Positions 34,591 to 46,610 of a stretch of DNA of 53,246 nt are shown piece after piece. Source of the stretch: Octopus bimaculoides (lineage: Eukaryota); contig NC_068990.1 in NCBI RefSeq assembly GCF_001194135.2, positions 54,452,588-54,505,833 of the forward strand, given 5' to 3'. A model generated the notes under the pieces. The model ran no database searches, was not told where the DNA came from, and saw only the letters and a program-made list of their open reading frames with translations. The position numbers were made by a program, and so were the translations under genes. Each line of letters starts with the position of its first letter. The first letter of the stretch is position 1.

Positions 34591-35343
34591 TATATATATG
34601 TATGTATATGTATTCACATACAGTCACTATCTATGAATGCCCACACCTGTGCACACTCACACATCTTAAATAAAAGTGAATATATATATATATTAACAAT
34701 ATTAATAATAAGGATTACTATGAAGTTGCATAGCATTACTTTTAATTCTTTAATTTATATACTGCCTTACATAAACCAACACATGTTTCAATTGCTCCAA
34801 TTAGTAACCATTGCAATTGCAATCCTACTATAAAACCAATGCCGTTTCTGCAGGGTCTTTACTTGATATCCTTCAATATGGCCGTTTAAAGATTTTCTTT
34901 TATCTACTCTGCGTTGTATAATGTAGAACTGTCTGTTAAGTTAGTCATGCACAATCTCAATTTCAAGTTCTTATTGGATAATCATTTTTAGTCCATCATT
35001 TCAAAACCTATAATTTAAATGATAATTATTCCTTTATACTTGGCAAATGTGAATTTCCTCATGTGCAAGCATCTCAATGCTTATTCCTGCCTAGAATTTA
35101 TCACGTTACTCTTGGATGTGAAAATCCAGTAAAATTCTTCTAAACATAGGTCACATTTATTGGTCCCAGGTCTGTATGGTTTTGCAGTACAAATTAATTC
35201 CCATTTAATAGTATAGTCTTTGTTACTGCCCTTAAAAGACTAGATAACTTTTCTAATACTTGTTTGGAATCTTTTATTTTGGTATTTAAATGAACTCAAA
35301 TAATTTGCCAGTCTCCTCTTGAAAATTAATGATGTCCCACTGA

Positions 35344-37235
35344 TGTAAAAGAATTCCTTACCTTCAGATGAAACAGTGGGATGACGTCAGTAGCTGGGGA
35401 GCTGACCAGAACTTGGGAGCTGACTGGAAAAGGAAGGGCGCACAGGTGACGAGCGTGCAGGCAGGAGATGATTGGGCCTTTTCGATCGGGGTAGCCGAGA
35501 GCACTGGATGTGTGAGTGCTTTGACAAGGTGAGGGACAGCAGCTGCTACTTTTAGAGTTCGGGTCGGGTCACGTGGAAGGGTGCGTTACCACGGGAGAGG
35601 TCTGCATCGATGAAGAGAAGGTAGGTATCTTATTTCTAATCTCCTACATACACCACAAGCTTTTTCGGCACTCCACATAAGATGTCACCACGATGGCAGC
35701 TAAAATTAGGATCTCCAGTGACATTATCAGGCCCTTTAATGGTGAGGGCAAATGTAGTGGCCTGGATGCATAAAATCAGGCTTGTGGTGAGATTGCTAGG
35801 CATTAGCGACATGGTGAGCCTTATGGCACTATATTTGGAAGGGAGCGCATTGACTCTATATCTTGAGATGGACGAAGAAGAAAGACTGAGCCAGGAGAAG
35901 ATTGAGCGACGTCTGAGAGAGGCTTACATCAAGTGTGAATATACAGCCTTTTTTAAGCTGGGAACGATTAGATAGACAGGAGAGCAGGTGGATGAATATG
36001 TGGTGGAGGTGCGTAGGCTTGCCACATTGGCTGGGTTTACAGGAGAAGGCCTGAACAGAGTGGCGCGACTGGCATTTGTAAGTGGGTTCCCTGACAACGT
36101 AGGGATTCAACTGCAGCAATTGCCCAGGTGCAAAAAGATGGTGCTGAGCAAACTTGTGACTCAAGCCCACATATTGGTGTGAAACACTGGATGGAAAGTG
36201 ATAGGGATGGCGGTAATGGAGGCGCATAAAGACAGATGACAGCTGGAGAAAGACGCGAAGAAGCCTACCATGCAACGACAGCGGCCATTCTCAGGCTGGT
36301 GTTTTAAATGTCAGGGATTGCACATGACGAGGGAGTGTACACAACCAGGGCCTGTCTGCTATCGATGCAGGCAGGCAGGGCACATCGCCCATGATTGCAA
36401 CCAGGGAAATGACCGTGGGCAAGTTGCTGCCTCTTAAATTTTCCCCGCAAACGAGTAGAGGTGCTTTTGGAGATGCTGCCCATAATTGATGTTGAGGCCG
36501 ACGGGATACGGGTGGCATGACCACCCTCATGGATACGGGATATGGGTGGCATGACCACCCTCATGGATACGGGTGGCATGACCACCCTCATGACTTCAAG
36601 GGTGACGAAGAAATGGAATGGAGCAAGTAGCGTCCGGATGGTCGACAGCAGCGAAATCCAATGCAAGGGCAGCCACAATGTAGAGATAGCGGTGCAAGGC
36701 ATGATGCTAAGACTGCAGGTAATTGTGGTTGAACGTGTGATAGACAGAGTAAATGTGGTGATGGGGATGGACACCATCAACTGCCTCGGTGGAATCAATA
36801 TTGCAGGAAATGAGGTCATGTTCAGAAGCGTGGGGGCGTTGTGTGCTGTGAGTCAGGGTTGCTAGAAAGAGCAGAGCTCTGTGAGGGACTGCGCTGCTTA
36901 CACCATTAAGGACAAGGATTTTCAGGTGCCGTTCAATGGTCAGCGGTGGACGATAGAGTGGCGATGGAAAGACGAGCCCCTGATTCTGAAGAACAGGGTG
37001 AGCTGCTACAAGCATACCCTGAAAGGTCACGCCAGGGTCGAGTTCGAAGACGAGGTAGAGAGATGGATTGAAGAAGGAGTCCTTGTCCCGTGGAAGGAGG
37101 AGGTGGTGAGTGGAGTGCTACCTATGATGACAGTGGTGCAGCCGGCGAAAGGAAAAGTCAGACCGGTGCTGGACTTTAGAGAGCTGAACGAGCATATATC
37201 GTGCCACACGGGAGGTGAGGCGACAGACGTTTTAG
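35344..37235 (+). mobile_element. 3'-truncated Ty3/Gypsy LTR retrotransposon (5' LTR about 35344-35648, gag, protease, start of RT)
   Basis: TGTA...TACA-bounded LTR. gag 'IIRPFNGEG.VVAW...LYLEGSAL'. Zinc knuckle 'CYRCRQAGHIAHDC'. Protease DTG motif. RT start 'KGKVRPVLDFRELN'. Stops and frameshifts present. Confidence 0.9.
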
Positions 37236-37599
37236 CCACTGCCGTGTAGTGTATTTAATTTGTTCACTGAACGCTGAATTCCTACTTGTTTTTCAAAAAT
37301 CCCCCTTTACTCACAAAATAAAGAGGGGAAATGTGCTCTATTTTTCAAATCCTGGCAGCAACAGTGAAGCTGGAAGCAGGATAATAATCTAATTCTACAC
37401 TTTATCACATCCAAGAATATAAACACGTTTTTAAGCACAACACATGGAGTCAAAAAGAAACACCACCTTCCACCGGAACACAGAGTCAGCACTGTCATTC
37501 ACGCAGTGCTACTTTCGTTCACGTAGAGCTACTGTTGTTCACACAGTGCTCTCTCTCCCTCAGACATGTGAGCATGTGCACAACAGCCAAACACTGTGT

Positions 37600-38000
37600 T
37601 GCTGGAACTGTGAAATTTGATAAACTCAGAAAATATAAAGATTTGCTCATTGAAATTGAAAAAATGTACTATCTCAAGGCGGTTACCATACCAGTGATTA
37701 GAGCACTCAGAATAATAAAAAAAAAAAAGAAACTGAAAATGATTTGAGAATGATCCCTGGCTTACCATTCATACAAGGAGTGCAAAAGATTGTTTTAACT
37801 GGTGCATCACACATATTGAGAAGAACACTGATGCTGTAATCTTTTTTCCTGTTTAACTTTATTTGATTTTGTATGTAAACAATCTGATGTGTTTATTTTA
37901 ATGGCTTACCAATGTATGCAGTCTCTTTGCCCAAGGTGTCAGGAAGACTTTGGGCAAGAAATGGAAACAAAATTTAAAGAAAACTAATAATAATAATAAT
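37600..38000 (+). mobile_element. 3' end of a second R4/Dong-like RLE LINE family with (AAT)n tail
   Basis: 'DKLRKYKDLLIEIEKMYYLKAVTIPVIRAL...QKIVLTGASHILRRTLML*'. Confidence 0.82.
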
Positions 38001-38554
38001 GCCCTGATGCAGTACCAGGCAGTGACTCTCATGGCTTCTGATCTTGACTGATTGAAAGTGTTATCATGTACATTGTTTTGTCTTGATATAAAAAGTGAGC
38101 TCCAGTAAATATTCTGCTCAATACCACAGATTTGCTTGTCAGTTGCTTGACCATAACCAGTTGAGCATGTCCCTTAGTGGCTGACAATATGTGCATCCCT
38201 GATCACAAGCAGAAGTAATGGGAGAACATTATAGTCGTGTGTTGAAAGGAATTCTTTGGGGTTTGGATAATTCAACTTTGGAAACATAGGTGTTTTGTTC
38301 AACATCCTTAAACAGCCCTTATTCAGGGATCTTTTGAGTGGGATGGGCTACTCAACCTGAAGAAAATTCTAACTGGGCCTCACCTGCAAGGTCATGTGCT
38401 GTTTATCTTGATATGAGACCACCATGTCGTGCACATATAGTTGTGATGCATGTGCCTGGTGTACCATTATTAGACGGGTAGTCATGATGGGTATAATGGG
38501 CTTCGTATATTTTACCCCAGTCTCACTTCGATGGCATGCACTGCTCTCTCATTC
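38001..38554. mobile_element. Repeat family B, full-length colinear copy, flanked by AAT repeats
   Basis: Homologous to both halves at 23141-23822. No tRNA boxes or ORF recognised. Confidence 0.8.
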
Positions 38555-38581
38555 AATAATAACAATGATAATAATATTAAT

Positions 38582-38935
38582 AATGGTTTCAAATTTTGCC
38601 AAAAGGGCAGCCATTTTGGGGGGAGGGGATAAGTCGATTACATCAACCCCAATGTCTCACTGGTACTTAATTTATTGACCCCGAAAGGATGAAAGGCAAA
38701 GTTGACCACAGTGGAATTTGAACTCAGAACATAGTGACAGACAAAATATAGTGATTCATTTTCGCCAGCATGCTAACAATTCTGCCAGCTTGCCACTTTA
38801 ATAATGATAATAATAATAGTAATAATAATAATAATCCTTTCTACTATAGACACAAAGCCTGAAGTTTTGGGGGATGGAGCTAGTCATTTACATTGACCCA
38901 ATGCTTAACTAGTGCTTATTTTATCAATAGATTGT
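38582..38935 (-). mobile_element. SINE family A copy (38582-38800) plus a second partial copy (38835-38935)
   Basis: Family motif 'gaaaggatgaaaggcaaagttgacc'; separated by AAT repeats. Confidence 0.8.
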
Positions 38936-38940
38936 AGAGG

Positions 38941-41017
38941 AAAGACAACATTGTTGATGAAAGATCAGTCAAAGGGCAATGAAGTTAGCAATTACTGACC
39001 CATTACTTGTCTTAATCTCTTATGGAAAGTGTTAACAAGCATCCTCACAGGGAAAATATATGCATTCCTTGCGGAAAACAATCTACTTCCAGTAAAGCAA
39101 AAGGGATGCCAGAAAGGATCCAAGAGCACCAAGGACCACTTTGTGACAGACAAGGTTGTAATGAAGAACTGCAAACGGTACTAAAAAAACTTGTGCATGG
39201 TCTGGATAGATTTTAAAAAGGCTTATAGCATGTTGCTGCATTCATGGATTTTGGAAACACTTGACATGTGTGAAAATAGCTGAGAATATGTGTGCAATGA
39301 TTAAGAACAGCATCTTTAGTTGCAAAACATGTCTTTTCTGTAAAACCCAGTGCTTAGTCAAAGTAACAATCAAAAGAGGTATTTTCCAGGGAGACTCCTG
39401 TTCACTTTTGTCATTTGTTATATCCTTGATCTCACTTTCTATAGTCCTAACCAAGGTCAACACACACTATGAACTGAGAAAGAATGTACTTCATCTCAAC
39501 CACCTTCTCTTCATGGATGATTTAAAACTGTTTGCAAAAGCATCCTGAAATGGAGAGGCTGGTTGAGACTGTACAGATGTGCAGCAAGGATATAAGGATG
39601 GAATTTAGTATCTTAAAGTGTGCGGTGCTCATTTTGAAATGGAGGAAAAAATCAGATTGCAGGGGCATAAAATTGCCAAATGGAGAAAGAATGGAAGACC
39701 CAGATGATGATGGGTACAAGTATCTTGAGATCCTGGAGCTGAACAATATCTTGCACAGAGAAATGAAAGACAAGGTCATCACTGCATATTTGAAGTGCCT
39801 CAAATTTCTCTTGAAATCAAAACTCAACTCAAGGAATCTTGTGACTGCCATCGACATATGGGCTGTTGCTGTAGTCCGCTATAATGTACCCATCCTGAAA
39901 TGGACACAAGCAGAGATTAACCAACTTGATCGCACTATCTGAAAGACAATGCCAATGCATGGTACCCTCCACCCTAAGGCGAACATACACAGGCCCTACA
40001 TGAAGAAGTGTAAAGGTGGACATGGGCTGATTAATGTATGGGAGTGCATCAGCAGTGAAAGAAGAAACATGGCAGAATATTTGGTAAACAGCAAACAAGA
40101 CCTGCTACAGTATGCTGCTAATGCAGAAGGATTTACTAAAAATGGACTTGAGAGTGCTGATGAATTCCAATCACAAATAGCCAACAAGAGAAACCCTACT
40201 CATCATGGAATTACATGGTCAGTTCCACCATGAAACTAACAACTTAAAAGACCTGGAAGCATCATGGAGGTGGTTCAGCAAGAGTGACCTAAAAAAGAAG
40301 ACTGAAAACCTAGTCATCGCTGCCCAAGATCAACTTAGTGAAAATGGATATATACCACACAAGTGCAACAAACCTCTGCAGAATGTGTGGGAAGAGGATT
40401 GAAAGCATGACTCACATTGTTAGTGCTTGTGAAAGTCTTGTGCAGAAAGAGTACAAGTGCAGACATGACAAGGTGGAAGTATGGATATGAGTTAACAGGT
40501 GCTTGGTACCAACATACACCAGAAAAGGTAATGGATTAAACGGAGAAGGCAAAAATATTCCAGGACTTTGACTTCCAGACAGACAAGGTATTAGAGCACC
40601 GAAGACTGGATATAGTAACCTTTAGGAGGGACAAACAAGAATACCTAATAATTGACATGGCAGTACCAAGAGATCAACATATTATCATGAAAGAAAGAGA
40701 AAAGATTGATGAATATGGAGACCTGTGAATTGAGATTGGCGAGTTGTGGCAGCTATGAAAATTAAACATAAAGGTTGTCCCTATTGTCATCAGAGTATTG
40801 AGTTCAATACCACCCAACCTGAAGAAGCATCTGGAAACTTTAGAAATACCCTACAATCTAGGTGCATTGCAAAAATTGGCATTACTTGGAACTGCATGCA
40901 TATTGCATAAAGTACTGTCTGTCTGAGGTCCTTGTGACTTGACAAACAGTACAAACCCCCAGTAGACACAATATCTTCAATCAGCAATATCATGATATTT
41001 AATACTGTACCACATCT

Positions 41018-41055
<38 letters not shown>

Positions 41056-41058
41056 TAA
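38941..41058 (+). mobile_element. 5'-truncated R4/Dong-like non-LTR retrotransposon (RT, CCHC, restriction-like endonuclease) with (AAT)n tail
   Basis: 'PITCL', 'DFKKAY', 'GIFQGDS', 'HLLFMDDLKL', 'KYLEI', 'CRMCG...HIVSAC', 'DIVTF...IIDMAVP', then (AAT)n at 41020-41058. Multiple stops. Confidence 0.92.
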
Positions 41059-41099
41059 TGTTTTCAAAGGATTGACGTAACTCTCCACAAAGGTAAACA

Positions 41100-44000
41100 G
41101 TCAAGACGAAAACCGCAATTTGATTGTAATAGATATTTTATTGGTTGAACAATATTTCAACAGTAAGCCTGTCTTTGTTGAGTTCAAATAAGAAGTGATA
41201 AAAATTTAAAATTATAGAAATTTAAATTTAAAGTATGAATGAGAGAAACCAGCGTCTACATGTTGATTGAATGACATCATCAGTCTTTAAATTTCAATTT
41301 TATAACAGGTGAAAAGAAAAAGGCAGAAAGAAAGAAGAAGGATAAAAAGAAAAGGAAAAAAAGAAGAATATTTAATCAAACAGTTTTGTATAAATTTGAT
41401 GATATTCTCCTGTCATTTTATTCATTCCTCCAGGGTGTGATGTTAATAACCCACAAATATATTTCTCCTCTTGCATTTTGAGAAGTGAAAGTGAAGCAGA
41501 TTCAGAATATTTTCTGAGAATATGCACTTTCAAGTCTTTTTCAAAATTGCAGCCTTTTGAAGCAAAATGTTCAGCAAGTTCTGTCGAACTACTGTTATTG
41601 TGCCTGACATCATATCTAGGCCCATTAAATCTTTTGTTTAATTGTTCTGTTGTACAACCAGCATAGGTCAAGTTGTGTTTCATGCATTCTGCCATGTATA
41701 CCAAATGGGAATCTCTACATATCTCACCTTCTGTATAAATCATAACATTTCTGTTATGATTCCTGATGGAATTCACTTGACTCATGTTGTTGCACAATGA
41801 ACAGGGCTTACTTCTCTTGCGGCTGTTTTTCAAGGTACAGCATGCAGATACTCCAATGTTCATTTTCTTGGAGTCAGAAATAGTGGTCAATAATTCTCTT
41901 ATATTCTTATTCTGTCTAAAGGTTACAATAGGCAGCTGAAGAAGTGTCTGTTTGAAATGTGGATATTTTTTCACTACATACTGGTAACTTTCATGCAACA
42001 CTTTTGAAATGCCAACGAAATTTCGGTGCCAGTTAATCACTAAAGGAATTCTGTTATCTATTGTATTATGTTTGCTAAAATTATGCATGAAGGTCTGACT
42101 ATCTTTGCTAATCTTAGCTATTTCCTTTAATCATGATTCACTGTAACCCCGTTTGACATAATGATATCCAAAAGCATTTGCATGTTTCCAGTAATCCCCT
42201 ATGTCAGTACAAATCTGTTTTATCCTCAAAAATTGGGATTTCAGATTTGACCGAATAATACGATGTGGATGATCAGAGTGGTGGTGGAGATAAATGTGGA
42301 ATGACGTGGGCTTTCAAAATAACTCTGTCACTATTCTGCTTCCAGAAAACTTAACTTTTGTGTCCAAAAATTCAATGTTAGTTTTTGAAAAACTAGATCT
42401 AAATTTTATGTTGAACTTAAAGCCATCGTTTTTAGCATAACAGTCACAGAAATGCAAGAAGTGAATTAAACTATCCTGTGATCCTTTCCAAACAAAAAAG
42501 ATGTCATCAATGAACCATAACCATACTCTTGTTTCATGACCATGAAGGGATTTGAATGTCTTCAGTAGCTGTGTCTTGAATTTCGTCATAAAGACTTTAG
42601 CAAAATTAACTGCCATGGGAGTACCCATGGTGCAACCTCTCATCTGGTGGTAAAATCTTTGTCCAAATTTCATTGTGTTACTTTGTAACACAAATCTCAA
42701 TAATCTACAGAGAAAATTTGATGGAATACTTTTGTTTGACCACTTTTCGAAGGCATCCATGCATGCTTCTACCCCTTTCTCATGGTCAATATTGGGATAT
42801 AAGGAAGAAACATCCATGGTTACCGTAAAACAGTTCTCAACACAGCCTCAGTGCTTAAAAAAGTTGTTGATTTAGACACAAAATCAAGAGTATCCCAAAT
42901 ATAGGAACTTGATCTTTTTGCAACAGTGAGTAGAAAGTCATCTAGCCATTCAAAAATCTTGGCTGTACAACATTCATATCCACTGCAAATTGGGCACATT
43001 AGAGAAAATCTTTTGAACTTTTTGTGTATTTTAGGGAGACTGTAAAATACAGGTGTTTTTCTTTCTGACTGTAAGATCCTAGATTCAGCCTTATTCTGTT
43101 TTCCTCCATTTTCAGAATTATTTTGTTAAGTTCCTCTCTGTAATTGAGGTTTGGATCAACGAAGTTTTGTCATTTAAAACTTCTTCACAAGCTGAAATAC
43201 ATTCACTTTTGTCCATTACGATAGTGCCTCCCTTGTCTACCATTTTAATAACAATAGAATCGTTATTAGCTAGATGTCAGAGTGCGTAGCATTGGGAATT
43301 TGTGAGGTTATTCCAAGACTTCTTTCTACTTGTTTTAAGGCTTTATCTAATACCTGTCTGACAAGATTCAAGAATTTCTAGTAGTGCCTATGAATGTCCA
43401 TCCCGAACTTTATCTGGATACAGATTGGGATTCTTTTCAATCCAATTATGCCAGATTCAATCATCATTGTTTTTATTTTCAGTAAGCATAGGGTTTTCTG
43501 ACTCCTCATTACCAGTTTTTTCAAAAAAATATTCCTTCAGCTTGTGATGGCGGACAAAATGAAATAGCCCTTGAGCTAGTTTATTCTTGTTGAAATTCTT
43601 AGTGCTTGGGCAGAAACTCAGTCCAAGCTCCAAGACTGAGACACCGTCGAGCTAAAGTTTTAGTTTAGATAAATTTATGACTGACTTATTCTCTAGTGTG
43701 ATGGATTTTCTCGGGCAAGTGGTTTTCAGAGTCTTACTCTCATTGGATTCCCGACTACTTTTTGGGCTTTGCTCAAAATCTTCACTTAAATCATGGAATC
43801 TATTGGGTGATAAAATTTGTTCTGAATGTTCATGTGAGAAGTTATAATTTTTAGTTGTCTTTCTATGGGTAATCCATTTCTGGGTAGGTGATAGAAAGTG
43901 AGTGACTTCTGCGGTTTTTGTTGACATTTGAAAAACCTTGTTTTTGAGGCAAAATCTTAAATGTGCTCACATTTTTGACTGATCAAATAAAAACTTCTCT

Positions 44001-44330
44001 GGAACATTTCTAATGACCAGTTCAAATGCATATGCCAGAGCAAAAAGGTCACAGTCATATGTGTCAACTTGGGGATTAGTTATATGAACTTGTTGAACTG
44101 TAGAAATAATGTTTGTTTGTGGTGAGTACAACGTTGTTATTTGTGCTATTAGTTCCTGTGAAACTGGTGAGTTCAAACTGCCGTAAATATAAACATCTTT
44201 GAGAAATTGGTCGACAAAACAAAATAATTGTTCCTGGTGTGATGAATGAACAGTGTGTGGTGTTGGAAATTTCATGTGAGAAAAAATGTTCTTTTTAAAA
44301 CAGTTTATCCAAAATACAATGATTTCATTT
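41100..44330 (-). mobile_element. Penelope-like element (RT plus GIY-YIG) with an in-frame N-terminal Ulp1/C48-like protease remnant
   Basis: RT 'MDVSSLYPNI...GCTMGTPMAVNFA...WFIDDIF' (42314-42817). GIY-YIG 'LVYMAEC...YAGCT...KRFNG' (41372-42088). N-terminal 'VINLS...LGLSFCP'. Upstream 'DCDLFALAYA...FDQSKM'. Confidence 0.9.
41145..41187 (-). ncRNA. Inactivated hammerhead relic in the 3' terminus of the PLE
   Basis: Minus strand reads TTGAA-CTCAACA-AAGACAG(GCTTA)CTGTT-GAAATATTG-TTCAA. Stems I and II are kept; core G5 and G8 are mutated. Confidence 0.55.
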
Positions 44331-44920
44331 AATTGTATTTATTTAAGGTATTAATGAAACTTGGCCAGGTTACATACGGTAATAATAATCTCACAATAAA
44401 AAATATCTCTAAAAAGTTTCTATAAGAGATTAAAAACAGTTAAATGTATTTTATTTACTCAACACAGCATTTCTCCCTCAGACTTCATCCCATGTTGTTT
44501 CCAAATTGTCATCTTCCAGTATTTCTTTTATCAGAACACCATTGTTGTTGTTAGTTTCTTTAAGAGATCTTTTGTTGTCTTTTCACTATGAAATCTAGTC
44601 TAGTTATCTTTTTTTCTTTTCTATTTTTTTTTTTGTGAGGATTCAGTATGATGGCTTACTTTAGCTACTTCATGGCAATAATAATTAAAACTCAACTGTA
44701 GAAGCACAATTTGTTGATTTATTTATTAGTAAAGAAGACAATAAAGACTAGTTGCATGTATTTCAATCTTATCTGAATCTCTTCAGTGTGAAACTTGAAA
44801 AAAAAACATTATTTCTTTTCTATTTATCATCAAAATATTATAATAAAAACAACTTTCTAGAAATGTGCTCTGCTTTTCAATATTCTTCACAAGCTTTTGG
44901 TGTCAAAGTCACTTCCCAGT

Positions 44921-44991
44921 TTACAAATGAGGATCTAATAAACATGGTCTTCTGAATGTTTGTCCTGCTTCTCGAATCCATTTGGTACTTA
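44921..44991 (-). CDS. P4HA: P4HA gene 2 terminal coding exon (I/STKWIREAGQTFRRPCLLDPHL*)
   Basis: Minus-strand gtcttgtttctttatttag acceptor, phase 1. Strong match to the canonical C-terminus 'VSNKWLHERGQEFRRPC'. Minus-strand AATAAA at 44718-44727. Confidence 0.92.
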
Positions 44992-45265
44992 CTAAATAAA
45001 GAAACAAGACAACATAGCAAAGGCTTTTGAGATGTTTCAGTATTAGAATAACACATAGTTTTTAACCAGTAAAACAATACAAGTGGTGATGTAGTACAAC
45101 TATCATGTGATGTTAAGACAAAGAGACAGTAACACACACATACTTACACATGTACACGCATGCGCGTGCACATGCACACACACACACACATAAATATAAA
45201 TACATATGTACCATACCTTTTTAAAAAAAACTTCTTTATTCGTTTTCTTGCTTTCAAACTGTATA

Positions 45266-45321
45266 TTACACTGAAGATGGCAAAGGGATTTAATATCTCT
45301 AAGCTAGAAATCAATCTATAA
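45266..45321 (+). ncRNA. Type I hammerhead fold with intact core, between about 35-bp direct repeats
   Basis: TTACA-CTGAAGA-TGGC.AA.AGGGAT(TTAAT)ATCTCT.AA.GCTA-GAAATCAAT-C-TATAA. Confidence 0.65.
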
Positions 45322-45605
45322 CTAACCTGTTTTTAAAAAATCTCTTTTTTAAAAAAGAAAATCTTCTATATTCATTTTCTTACTTTCAACCTGTGCTAAC
45401 GGAGAGCAAAATGTGGTTTTTAGCACCATTTGGCATCTCTCTCTAGCATGTTGGTGTTGTTTATCAGCCCCCTTTACTATAATTATATCTATATAATTAT
45501 ATATTAGTATTAATTGTAACCTATATGGTTTTTATTACATGCTGGCCACTTGATAAAATCTTTATAATGATTTTATCCTTAATTATATATAAATATATCC
45601 ATATG

Positions 45606-45655
<50 letters not shown>

Positions 45656-45671
45656 GTTTATATATTATGTA

Positions 45672-45788
45672 ATATCACTTGATTGATCAAATTATCAGAT
45701 GTTGTTATACATCACTGGTTACAATATACTTTGCATCATTTTAACATTTGAACGACGATCTGCTCCACTGGCTAAGCAAAGCAGGTCA

Positions 45789-45846
<58 letters not shown>

Positions 45847-46034
45847 ATGTGTGTGCATGTGTGTGCATGCGCTCGTGTGTGTGTATCTATATATATGTGT
45901 ATATATATATATATATATCACATGATTGACCAAACTATCAGATGTTTTTATACATCACTAGTCACAATGCACTTTGCATCATTTTAGCCTTTGAATGATC
46001 TGCTCCACTGGTTAGGCAAGCAGGTCAATATATA
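45672..46034. repeat. Two direct copies of a unit of about 120 bp separated by (TG)n/(TA)n
   Basis: 'atatcac.tgattga.caaa.tatcagatg...gatctgctccactgg...gcaggtcaatatat' at 45672-45794 and 45915-46034. Confidence 0.85.
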
Positions 46035-46467
46035 TCATATATCATAAAGTCCAGAAGGTGTATTAAAGTTGAGAAGGTGTATTTAACAATTAACCTTCTT
46101 CACCTGACAAAGTAGTCCAAATTTTGCATTATCCTCAATGAACTTTTCATATGTTGCATTAATGCAGACATGTCAGTAGCTTATTTATTATTAAATATGA
46201 TGATATGAGCTATTTACATGTTTTGGGACTACTAAAACAAATTTGTTGTGATATTTTGATGTTTATTGTTAAATAAAATTCATCATAACATTTCTCCATC
46301 ATTAATATTGTGATGTTCTCCTTATTCTTTTCTCATGTATATTACTATATACTCCATATGGTTTGTGCTATGACAAACTAAGGAGCTTTTTAAGAGTACT
46401 ATGAGATTATTTGAATCTATATATCGGGACTTATATTTATATATACTTATATACTTATATAAATATA

Positions 46468-46500
<33 letters not shown>

Positions 46501-46610
46501 ATACACATACTTATATATATACATATGCATATGCGTACACACACACATGCGTGCGTGCACACACATGCGTGCGTGCACACACACACACATGTATATATAC
46601 AGGGTGCAGT

